This document shows, piece after piece, positions 25,613-36,730 of a stretch of DNA of 64,000 nucleotides. This stretch comes from Eukaryota sp. GEM-RC1 (Eukaryota): the NCBI GenBank assembly GCA_040285855.1, contig JAUFOQ010000001.1, forward strand, positions 1,116,001 to 1,180,000, in the 5' to 3' direction. Position 1 is the first letter of the stretch. Each line of letters opens with the position of its first letter. The translations under genes were made by a program, and so were the position numbers. The notes under the pieces were generated by a model that ran no database searches, was not told the origin of the DNA, and saw nothing but the letters and a program-made list of their open reading frames with translations.

Positions 25613-28060
25613 TTACTGAACTTCATCACTGGTACGTACTTCTTCTGAAGTCGTCATATCGTACGGAGAAGTATGGAGATCAAGCGTTAGAGTATTCGAA
25701 GGTTCAGTTCTGATGACATCTGTAGTCAACGTTTTATTGTCAGAAGACAAAGTGCCCAGAGTTGTATCTGTCATGTGATGCTTCGGTGCAATTGGAGACA
25801 TCCCCATAATAGGGTCATTGCATCTAAAAGACTTCAAGTACAATATCGTTGAGGAAGTATCGCCCAGCAGGTCAAAATTTGGACTAGTAATCTCTGAAAC
25901 ACACTTTTCTAAGGATTTGAACGGACAGTATTTATCTTTGTTTTTTTCAACATCATCTGTTACTTCAGAACAATCGATGTCAATCGCTCGTTGTTTAAGA
26001 ATTTCTTGGGTAATTTTAATAATGTCATCAATAGAGAAAGTGTCTTTTCAAGACAACCCATCAACTTGTTGATTGTATCGACTATGTCCTGACGAATAGA
26101 AACGTAAAATACAGGAACACGTCCAGGCTCGAATCTAGACTGACCAGATGTTATGGCAGCTAAACAACAAAGAATAGGTCGTAAAAAATGAATCTCAGGA
26201 ACAGAGCAAGAAGTCGGCCCACAGAAGTGGTAATACTGAGAAGGGAATTTCAAAAAGAAATCGTGCCCTTTTATCCATTGATTTACCTTTGTTATAGATC
26301 CATGATGAGGAACAGTCACACTATTAAACATCGTTGAAGCTTCAAGAATCAATGGATTTCTTACATACATCAGGGGGATTGCCTTTTGGTTTGAACGAAC
26401 TTTGCTGTGATCAATAGACTGTGATGGTCGCGACTCCATGAGTTCAAACAATGTTGTTAGCGTAAGTTCAGCTTGGCAAATATAGTCAGAGCTTAGAAGT
26501 TCATTAAACCCTTCAGAATGGTCTCCAACAGAATGATGTAAATCTCCTGTAAACAAGTATGATTGTGAGTCAAGTTCAATAAGTTGGACCATTGAGTTGA
26601 AATTGTGATCATCTTCATTGAGATAATTCTTAGACCTACAGAAGAATGTTACAGAATCTGGATGATTATTGTTCTCAACAGTCCGACTTAGTATTAACTT
26701 TAACGACATCCATGTAGAGACATCACCCAAACGCAGTTTTGAAAGTGGTGGAATGAGATTATACAACAGTGATGAAATGTCAATACAATTTTCGAGGAAA
26801 AAACTCAACAACGAGTCAGACTCAATGTTCTTTGAAGATGCAAACAGATTGTGAATCATTGGTAGTCCAAAGTCGTTGAAAGGCGGTAGAAAGAAAACAA
26901 CTTTGGTTTCTGAATGACTTATCAACTGTTGAATGCGCTCCACCAACCAGTATAAGCCACCATAATGATCACTGTGAAAATGAGTTAAAACAACCCATAT
27001 ATGATTTTTTTTGTTTGCGTGTGATTTCATAAAGATGCTTTTCATCCCTAGGGACTCTCCCAAAATCGATGAAAAACAGATTGTTACTTGAATTAAGTAC
27101 AAATGAATCAAAATAAGTTGGATTGTTTTTTGGATCAATAGCAGGAGTGGGGATGAAAAGAGGGTAATTTTCAATAAGCTGCTGCACGGATTTCTGCTTC
27201 TCGAGAGGTTCTACTCTGATAATGAGTTTATACTGTAGGCCATCCTCTTCTTTTAGAAGCTTAGTCACATCATATCCTTCTTCGAATTTAGTCATTGGGA
27301 TGTGTTGAAATTCAGAATTCTCTTTACTGCTCTTAGGAGCCAATATACTGACAGAAGCATTGAAAGTTTCTTTAAACTGTTTCTCATAAGCAACTTGATA
27401 GTTGGTAGTAAAACTAGTGAAATGTTCCTGTGTAAGGATTAGACGTTCATTAAACTGAAATAGAAACGATTTCTTGTAGAAACATTTACTCCCTCGCGAT
27501 TCAAAGAATTGTGCGTCAACCAAGGCAATTTTCTGATCGTCTCCAAACAATCGTCCATCAGTGAAGTTTTTGTTTAAACCACGAGGGATACCACTTGTAA
27601 GACATTTTCCATTTATATACTTGTCAACCCATTCACTCCAATGCTCATCACGTCCACTCAAGTGAGGATTCTGGATCCTCAACTGTTGTACAACAAAATC
27701 TTTGTAAAGTACCTTATCAATACCAAGAGGTCTAATACTGAACTGGATACCATTGAGATCATTGTCCAAGGCAAAACTTTCAATCGTGACCCATTGCCTC
27801 CCAGATTTGACTTGAACTTGGAAAGAAGAGACCCAGAGTGGGAAGAGGTTATACTCTCGTGTAAGATCGATAAAACGCCTGGCCAACAGAGAAGTGAAAG
27901 CAAGGGCATTGATATCATTAGGAATGTCATAAGAAATCCGTAAAAGCTCGTCTTTGAAAACATATGTAGAATCTTGGAACAATCTGTACTCTACAGAAAT
28001 AGAGACAGCACTTGAACAATTCCATTCAGAGTCATCACCTTGGACAATTTGCAAAGGCAT
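25613..28060 (-). CDS. ComEC/Rec2-type metallo-beta-lactamase fold hydrolase with unknown N-terminal domain; several frame disruptions
   Basis: FFIDFG, VVLTHFHSDHYGG, NFNSMV, LFTGD and VPHHGS in canonical order. Frameshift at the homopolymer near 27010; further breaks near 26060 and 25945. Confidence 0.7.
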
Positions 28061-28859
28061 TGTAAGGAACAAGAAACAAAACGGAACTTCGAATGAAATT
28101 TGAGTCACCCATGGATCTCTGTTTGATTTTAGGGCACAAAGCACTCATCAGCGTAGTTAGGGTTGGATGACTCAATTGAATTCATAAGGTTAACATAGCG
28201 CTAATGTCAGTGAATCCGCTTATTCATGAATGCTATTAATAAATCTTCCTATTGGTAAGTCATATTCTACTTCATTCCTACTACGCTACAATAACCATGA
28301 CATGGTCTGTCTCATCTATCGTTGCTTGTATGTCAACTTTTTTACATTTCTGTTTGTTGACTGTATTCACAGCAAGTAATGTACATTAAATCTTTTAGAC
28401 ACCAGTAGTTGCGAAGAGCTAAATAAAAAATGACTACTACACCATCGCTTTTATCGCTTTTATCTGCCATCTATTTGAGATGATGTAGAGGTATCTGTAT
28501 CTCATTCGTTATTCGTGAAGATTATCTTGATTTGTATGAGTAAATACAAGGTTTTTTTGACGACTCTTTTATTGACACACATTAAACATCGGGTGTACGC
28601 AAGAAAATCAGCATCACTCAAAAGAGGTTGTGGTACTAAAACTAAGTCATGTTCGATTTGGTTTTGTAGAATACACTACTAATCCCTTGAATAAGCGAAA
28701 CAAACACGATTGGCATAGTTATAGAAGATGCCGTGTTTAAAACAATATTAACTCTGTTTAAAGACAAATTGTGGGATGTTCCAAAAGGTAAGAGACGTAC
28801 GCGAAATGAATTAAATTATTGAAACCTTGTCTTTTAATTAATAAATTACAATTTATATA

Positions 28860-29811
28860 TTACAGCGAGAGGCTCTCAGTAAAAGCAAACAGTTTGTGGA
28901 AAACTTCATACACTCTCAAAATTGCAAGCACTACTGCTCCATAAGTCATTGATCCAAAAATTAATTCAGAACCATAATTATCAGCAAATGTAAATAACCA
29001 GTTGTCCTTCGTGCTACAATGAGAACCAATAAAAACAAACGGTTGAGAACGAATGATGACAACCTGAGAAACTCTTTCTTTGTCAGACGCACCACTGTGA
29101 AGTATCAGAGATTGTTTCACACCTGAATTTGGCACGATGCGGCAGTCAGAAGTAGTACGGTTACAGAGAACTGAACATTTCGAGACATTATGAACCATCA
29201 GATTGAAAGTAATTTTGGGTAAGTTATCAATGTAGAAATGACTAAGAGAAGAAGAAAGCGGTGGTAAACATACTTCTTATTGAAAAGAGAAACCAATAAC
29301 TTCCATCTTTAGGGATTTTAAAGAGAAAAATAGGTTGACATTCCTCGTTAACACAGTGACTCGTAGAGTGATGATACTGTTTGTCATGTTTCCACTCCCT
29401 GTATGCACTGAACTCGGAAAAAATCAAAAGTGATCTTGCAGATCCAACTGAGATTTCAACCTCGGAATCTGAATTGAGGGCAAAACCATGAGAATCATAT
29501 TCAAGAGGGCCAAGAGGTAGAAATGATCGAAATGTGACTGGTTCCGGACCAACAACCGTGGGAACATCAAAAGGGCATAGAAAGAGAGTTAGGTCAAAAT
29601 AATGACCGAAACTACCAATATGTACCTGGTGTGAATCAGGCGTTGATATTGAGAAAGTTGCAGAGTTCAAGAGATTTATGGCATAAAAACCATGATTGCG
29701 GCTGGCATAAATTACCAACCCTCCTCCTAACAAAACTGAGACCACAATTAGGATAAAAACAGACACTTGTAGGCGAATTGAGGACCATTTGAACAACCAT
29801 AGCACAAACAT
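28860..29811 (-). CDS. Membrane protein with APD1-4 middle-domain-like lumenal region; probable 32-nt intron plus indel
   Basis: N-terminal TM, motifs F.LN.DS.V.IS, DGSYWFLF and C....C, C-terminal TM; split over two ORFs. Confidence 0.55.
29242..29273 (-). other. Probable 32-nt spliceosomal intron
   Basis: GTATGTTTACCACCGCTTTCTTCTTCTCTTAG lies at the ORF break. Restoring the frame also needs one extra T in the upstream T-run. Confidence 0.55.
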
Positions 29812-30604
29812 TAATGAGTATTGATGAAGAATCGTGTCTAAATGAGATGAGTGATGATTAACAACTCTTTTCCTTCAATCTTGATTTATACCTTGAAAAA
29901 CCGATCATTCTGGAATTCTGAGAGCTTGGCTTCTGTGGCATTCTGTATCTCTTTGATCTCATCACTTTTCTCTTCTAATCAAGTACTCTTCGACTTCAAC
30001 CGAATCACTTCCACATTCTAAGGATATCCCTTTCACCCTTGTTGCCAACAAGTGATATTTCTTTTCAGATATTTTCAGTTACAGGTCAATGATGGATTCA
30101 TCAACAGATGCCATGGTTTAATCATAAAAGCAGGTTTCATTGAGAATGACGGAAAGACTTTCAGATGGAAGGAAGAACACCATGAGAATAATTACATTAA
30201 CGTGTTTCAAGCAAAAGTTGGGTTGAATACATCGGGTTTTGGCACAAATCTCAGCCAAATCATAAACATCATTTCCCATCTTTTTTCAGAAAAAATTGGT
30301 ATTTGTATAATAGTGGCTGTATTTTACAATTGACAGCATCTAGATGAGTCTTCACTTGTTATGAAATCATGACACTCAACAGATAGTAGCGCTGTGTCAT
30401 CACAAACGGATTAATCCAAGTACCAATTTAAGTGTAAGAGAAGGGTTGATAAACCTAAGTAAACGTCGACAATATTTCATAACAAAAACTTTATGATAAA
30501 ATAATACAGACTAAATCGTCACTCTCTATCATGACAAAGAACACAACACCTCACACAAAAGAACTTCCTCTCAGAACTAAATAGTTCTAAACATTTCAAA
30601 TATA

Positions 30605-33600
30605 CTACTTCAATTCAAATCCTTGACTTTGCGTTTCAATAGAAGTATGCTGGAAAGAATCAAGATCAAACAAATCAGTTGCTCCAGCATCAAATGAGTA
30701 AGTTGGCAACTCAGGAATAGAAGAGGTTGAAGGTATTGAGAAAGCAAAACTCCATTGCTTATCAGCCTTAACTTCCTCCTCTTTCTTTTCCCCTTCACTC
30801 TCAACTGGTTTCTCAGTAGTAGGGGTAGCAGCAGCTGCCGGGGGAGCAGCGTTCAACTTAAGTTCATTGATAATAGAAGTAGGAGTATATCTCTTATCCA
30901 TAATGAAAGACTTAGCCTTGGGGAAGGAAATATTACTCTTGCGCAAGTTGTTCAAAGGTCCTTCGACAAAGCAACCAATTCTCTTATACCAACTTAAGAG
31001 ATTATTCCATAGAACATTTCTGCTCAAAACTCTGGGATTTCCAATGATGACGACACCATACTTAGCTCGAGTTAAAGCAACATTGAGTCGTTGGAAACTG
31101 TTCAAGAAACCAATAGATGAGTGTTCGTTAGATCGAACACAAGAAAGTACAATGTAATCCTTTTCACGCCCTTGGAAAGAATCAACTGAAGCTACTTCAA
31201 CATCTCTATATAAATTAGAATGAAGCGGACCATTTCTTTGCATCTGAGCACAAATAAAAGATCGCTGACCCTCATAAGGAGTAATCACACCAATCTGATC
31301 AGGAGTTGCGCCAGTCTTCAAAAACTCAGTAACAACCTTCTCAACAAAGCTAGCCTCAGTTCTATTAAGGTAAGAAGTTCCACTGGCTGAGAGCTCTTCT
31401 GAACCAGTACAAACATAGAAAAACAAGGGGGAGGGAGGGGTCGATCCAAGGGAAAGTTCCATGTTCTCTAGAGGGCTGGCGTTCTAATGCAGTGACACCA
31501 TTCTGAAGAGTTCCTTCATAGAAAGTATCACTAGGGAATTCAGCTAGGATTGGGTGCATACGGTATTGAATTTGGAGTCTAGAAGGCTTATACCCGAGAA
31601 GTACGAGTCGTTCGTACATTGATTGAGATAGCCCAGCTTGACAAGCGTCCTTTGACATTACGACAGGGCCTAACTGACAATGATCTCCTACTAGAATGAC
31701 CTTGGTAGCACCAGAAACAATGGGAATCAAAGTCTCAGGCTCAGTGGCGGCAGTAGCTTCATCCACAAGAACATATCTAAACTTACATCCTCTAAGTCTG
31801 GGATCACCAGCTCCAACACAAGTAGTTACAATGACCTTAGTGTTTCTCAATACCTCACGTTCAGCAGCCACCTTCAACTGAATATAGCGATGCTCATCCT
31901 TCTGAGACAACTCTCCTTGCTCTTGCTTCCAACTGAGTCAAAGCGGCTAATGGAGTTTGGTTACTCTTGTTCCTCTCAGCTTCTACTTGGAGGATGACGT
32001 TGTGGAGAGCTAAGTGTTCAACTGAAGAAGCTATGGACTCTCTACTCTTGGCAAAGATTCTAACCACGGGGACTCCAGTGAGGTGGATCTTCTCAGTGAG
32101 TTGATCAGCCGCGACATTAGAAGGGGCACACACCATGACAAAGGTGTTCTTACCAGGGTTCTTGTTAAGCAACTGTACTAAATAGTAGACCAATGAGGCT
32201 GAAGTCAAGGTCTTACCAGTACCTGGAGGTCCTTGAATCATACTGATAGGTAAAGGAGAAGACAACACAGCACGAACAGCTTGTTGCTGAGAAGGATTCA
32301 ACTCAGGAAGATTGGGAGCAGAGAAGGAGTGGATTCCAGAGACATTGATGGGCTCAGACTTGGCTTCATGACCTAAGAGCATTGTCTTGATACTGGGGGT
32401 CATTGCCTTGTTACTATTGGCAACTCTAGCAAGAGCTTTAACCATTCTATCGAAAGAGGTTGACTTCCAAACGAAATCAGCTGTGAAGCCAATTGAGCAA
32501 TCAACTGGAGCGGTGGAGCAAGCATGTCCGGGTTTGAGCTCTACTACAATCTCATCATTTGGATTGAATCTAAGCACGTGACCAATACAAGACCAAGGAG
32601 CGTGACGTCCATCCCCAGCATATCTAAGCTTAAGCTCATCCCCTGGTACTAAACGAAGCTCAGACTCAGCAGAGAAGGAAGGGAAATGAAAGCAAGCAAG
32701 ACGATGCTTTTGACCAGTGTTCTCCCATCTAACAGTAATACCACTAGCAGACTGACTTTCCTTAACTTTACGGTCATTGTCAGCTTCTAATTGAACCAAA
32801 GGACTGAACACGTGATCATAATGAAGACCATCTTCAAATGAGAGGGGAACTTTGGAAACGTCAGCTTGGAGGAGAAGTCCGTCACCCTTTTGAATACTAA
32901 CTAAGTCAGTAAGAGTAGCTTCAGGTCTTGAGTTCCAGAGTTGTTCAAGGGCGTTGGCTTGAGCAGAGGATAAGAGGGAGACCTTGGACTGTTCAGTTTC
33001 AGCTACAGTGGGAGGGCGTAATACCCAAGGAAGAAGAGACTTGTCAGAGATGAGGGGGAGCCATTTGTCTAAGGACCAGTCAGGGTTCTTGGTACGGGAG
33101 AGGCAAGGTTCACGGCAGAGGAGGACAACAATGTTCTCACCTTTGGCGGGAACGAAACCAAGAAGGAAGATGTTCTTACATCCACAGGAGTAGCATTCAA
33201 GGACCGTGTCACCTAGAGGAGAGGAGGGGTGGAGGGTGATTTCTTTGTGTTTGGAGCGAACAAGGTGGTTAACAATGTGAGAACCGGAAGAACCTAGTTT
33301 GGAGTTGCAGAACCACTTCTTGCAGCAGTCGCATTGAGCTAGACAGGAAGGTTCTGCAAGAGAACAGTACGCGCAGATGTCCTTGACTTGAGAGGTCATG
33401 GCAGGGGAAGAGGAGTCGTCGAGGGGGAGGAAGAGACCTCTAGAACGGGGAGCTTTGCCAAGTTGGCGAGATTTGCTAGAGGAGGACTTGGAGGAGTCGT
33501 CTTGGTCAAAGAAAGTAAGTTCAGATGAAGGGTTTGTGAAGTCAACTTGACTTTGGCTCTGACTTTGAGTACCAAAGTCGAAGAAGTCGAACTGCTGAGA

Positions 33601-33672
33601 AGCTACAGTAGAAGCTTGAGAAGCAGGGATGGTATCATCTTGAGTTACAACAGGAAAGCTGTTGTTGAACAT
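30605..33672 (-). CDS. UPF1: Regulator of nonsense transcripts 1 (SF1 RNA helicase); two single-base frameshifts near 31930 and 31430
   Basis: CH zinc domain ([24 protein letters not shown]), [49 protein letters not shown]. Confidence 0.96.
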
Positions 33673-33742
33673 GTGGTTCGAAAAAGTCCCTTTGAAATAA
33701 AAAATTCTCTCACCCACATAACTGATTCTGTCCTAACTTCTA
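33673..33742. promoter_or_regulatory. Putative bidirectional promoter between UPF1 and the kinesin-like gene
   Basis: 70-bp gap between divergent ATGs at 33672 and 33743. Confidence 0.5.
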
Positions 33743-36412
33743 ATGGACGAAGAACGACTTTACCAGTTACTTCGGAAAAACTTCTCCAAGAAACCTTCAA
33801 ACCGTCTTTCTGAGCAAGAAAAATCTGAACTTCTCAACTTTCGTGAAGCTCTCGGTCATGATGAATGGAACTATTATTATAATGAAGCTAAGCGAAGACA
33901 TCAAGAACGTCGTAAAAAGAAACTAGACGCCTTAACTCCACCATCTACTCTCACTCCCAATGTAACTGCATCAAAATCCTCATTTCAACCAGATCTCAAT
34001 TCTGCTAGTGAATCTGAATCTCAACCTCTTCCAAATCCTCCCGCTCCCAAACCCATTGTCCACGCCCCTCTACCTACTCCAACTGAATCCTCTTGTCCTC
34101 ACTGTGACTTACTCCAACAAACTCATGAACGGGAACTCCAACAAGCTCAGTCTGACCAGGATGCTGTTCAGGATCAACTTGACAAGCTCTCAGCATCACA
34201 TCGTCAACTTCGCTCTCAATACCAAGAACTTCTGGAAAGCCCTCCTGTTAATCCCAAGCTTCAAGACGAATACGACTCTCTAATGCAGGAGCGAGCCTCC
34301 TTTTTAGCAGAGGTTACGTCGTTAAAGGACGAAAGGGAAGAGTTGATTGGAAGGTTGAGTAGCGTACCTTCGTTAAAGGAAGTAGATGAGATTCGAAGGG
34401 AGAATGAGCGACTTAGGGATAGTAATCAATCGCTATCAAATCAGATTGATGTGTTGACGTCAGCGAAGCAGTCGATATCAGAAGTGGAATCTGGATTACG
34501 AAGGAATTTTGAAGAGGTTAAACACAATCTTGAACAGAGAATTGCGGAGTTGAATGATTCTGTCTCTGAAAAGCAATCAAAACTCGTGGAAAAGGATCAA
34601 GCAATCTCACAATTATCACATCAGTTTGAAGAGCTCAATCAGATTCTGAGAGAAAGTCGTTCTCAGGCGGATCAAAAGATTTCTGAGACTTCTTCTGAAA
34701 ACACCAGTGTTTTGAACTTCCTCAGAGAAACCATTGAATCGCTCACTGCTGAGATCAACACTTTACGACAGGAAAATCATTCAATTTCTAAAGAATTTGA
34801 AGATTTTGTCTCAAAGTCAGCTTCTCTCTCTGAATTAAGAGAAGAAGCAATTACTTTCTGTTCCAATGTTTTGGATAAGACTAGCTCTATCGCTAGTAGA
34901 GAGGTACCCACGCAAGCAGCTACAATGGAATCGGTCAAAAGTCTGTTGAATTCCGAAGACCCTGCTGTGTTGTCAGCTGGAAAAGTGTTGATAGCTAGGT
35001 GCAATTTCCTGACAAACACGAACAATCAGATCAAGAAGCAAGTCATTTTACTTCATGATGACGTGGCAAAAGTCAAGAGAAGTCAACGGTTCATAAAAGA
35101 GCTCACGAAGACTTCCTTCTCACAAATGGTGATTTCATTGACTAATTTAACATTTGAACTTGCTGGTTGTTGGTCTAAAATGAGATCCATTAAGAGAGAA
35201 GAGAAGGAAAAAGAAAAGGAGATGGAATTGAAATCAATGACTGTCATGGATGTGTTATCACGTTCCAAAACTGTTGATAGAGAAGAAGTTCGAAGAAGTC
35301 AACATTCCACTCCAAAATCTATTAAAAAAACACCAAAGTTTTCGCCATATATTGAAAATATTCCCAATTCCACTACTAAGAATGATACCTTGACTTTACA
35401 GGACCTTGACGTGACCAATCAATTCGGTAATGATTTAGGTCCTGAAGAAGGACGTGAACCTCAATACTATCTAAATACTGATAATTTACTGAAGAAACGA
35501 GTGTTTGTTCTTGCTCGTTTACGTTCTTTGTTTGAATCCGACCCATCAATCAAAATTGATTGCTCTGATGTTTCAACAAAACGTCAGGTTTATGTTTGTA
35601 TTAATGGGGAGTATCGTACATATTCTCTTGATGGAATTGTTGACCCCGGCATTCAAAACTCAATCATTTTTGATTGCATCAAACCAATTTGTAATTTACC
35701 TTTAGAAAGTGGTTCTCTGTTGTTTGTTGCTTATGGACCAAAATCTTCTGGAAAAACCTACAGTTTATTTGGATCTTCAATGGATACCGGTCTAATTCAC
35801 CAAACAATTTCTCACATTTTTGAAAATATTCCCAAATTTTCTGAGACTTTGAGTTTTTCCATTTCATTCACTGCTGTTGATATCACTTCTAATCGCATTT
35901 CTGACCTTTTAATTGAAGAGGACGATGTCTTAATGTCAACGGAGAAGGCCTGTTCATTGTCTTCCTTCAGTCACTTACCCTTACATTCTGCTGACGAGTT
36001 CCTTGGATTCGCTGATCTTATTATGACGTCAGAACTTCCATCGACACGCACTCATCGAATTGTTTCGTTTAATTTTGATATATTTGATCTTGTTAGTAAT
36101 GAACGATATCAGCGAAGATTGTCCTTCTTGGATGCTGCTCAGTCTGATTGCACTCGCCCATCAACCATCACGTCATCACCATCCAGTCGACTATCACGTT
36201 CACTAGCTTCGTTGGGTGATGTGTTATCTTCCTTCCAAAGAGGGGATGATCACGTTCCGTTTAGAAACTCAAAGTTGACACATTTGATGCATGATTGTGT
36301 GCTACCTCTGAAGCAAAGTAGAATTGTTTTAGTTTCACATTGTGGAGGAGAGTTGGCTTCGCTGGTAAATCCATTGGCGTTTGGTAATTCTGTATATTCG
36401 GCTGGGATGTAG
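33743..36412 (+). CDS. Divergent kinesin-14-like protein (long coiled coil, C-terminal motor-like domain)
   Basis: VFVLARLR, AYGPKSSGKTYSL P-loop, SLASLGDVL, HVPFRNSKLTHLM. Confidence 0.85.
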   Translation: MDEERLYQLLRKNFSKKPSNRLSEQEKSELLNFREALGHDEWNYYYNEAKRRHQERRKKKLDALTPPSTLTPNVTASKSSFQPDLNSASESESQPLPNPPAPKPIVHAPLPTPTESSCPHCDLLQQTHERELQQAQSDQDAVQDQLDKLSASHRQLRSQYQELLESPPVNPKLQDEYDSLMQERASFLAEVTSLKDEREELIGRLSSVPSLKEVDEIRRENERLRDSNQSLSNQIDVLTSAKQSISEVESGLRRNFEEVKHNLEQRIAELNDSVSEKQSKLVEKDQAISQLSHQFEELNQILRESRSQADQKISETSSENTSVLNFLRETIESLTAEINTLRQENHSISKEFEDFVSKSASLSELREEAITFCSNVLDKTSSIASREVPTQAATMESVKSLLNSEDPAVLSAGKVLIARCNFLTNTNNQIKKQVILLHDDVAKVKRSQRFIKELTKTSFSQMVISLTNLTFELAGCWSKMRSIKREEKEKEKEMELKSMTVMDVLSRSKTVDREEVRRSQHSTPKSIKKTPKFSPYIENIPNSTTKNDTLTLQDLDVTNQFGNDLGPEEGREPQYYLNTDNLLKKRVFVLARLRSLFESDPSIKIDCSDVSTKRQVYVCINGEYRTYSLDGIVDPGIQNSIIFDCIKPICNLPLESGSLLFVAYGPKSSGKTYSLFGSSMDTGLIHQTISHIFENIPKFSETLSFSISFTAVDITSNRISDLLIEEDDVLMSTEKACSLSSFSHLPLHSADEFLGFADLIMTSELPSTRTHRIVSFNFDIFDLVSNERYQRRLSFLDAAQSDCTRPSTITSSPSSRLSRSLASLGDVLSSFQRGDDHVPFRNSKLTHLMHDCVLPLKQSRIVLVSHCGGELASLVNPLAFGNSVYSAGM

Positions 36413-36623
36413 TGTATTTATGGTTTGTAATAACTTAATTTGTATTATATGTCTTATTCTGTACTAATCTGTTATAAATTATTTCTCTAATGCCCTCTAC
36501 ATGATGAGTTTGCTCTATATAAGTATCAGTTCTGTGAAATCGTTAGGTCGTATAAGGGTCAGTGGCTCTTGAAAAGTCATAATATATGAAAGGGTGGAGC
36601 GATCGTGGGGATCAATTGATGCC

Positions 36624-36647
36624 CAAATTCCACGTACGTGGAATTTG
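36624..36647. promoter_or_regulatory. Perfect 24-bp palindrome upstream of PFO
   Basis: CAAATTCCACGTACGTGGAATTTG, followed by a further CACGTAC at about 36654-36660. Confidence 0.5.
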
Positions 36648-36730
36648 ATTCTACACGTACGCGCTCAGACTTCTGAAGAAATCATCATGTTACCAAAGAG
36701 AATCTTCAAAAAGCACATACATACTTCTCT

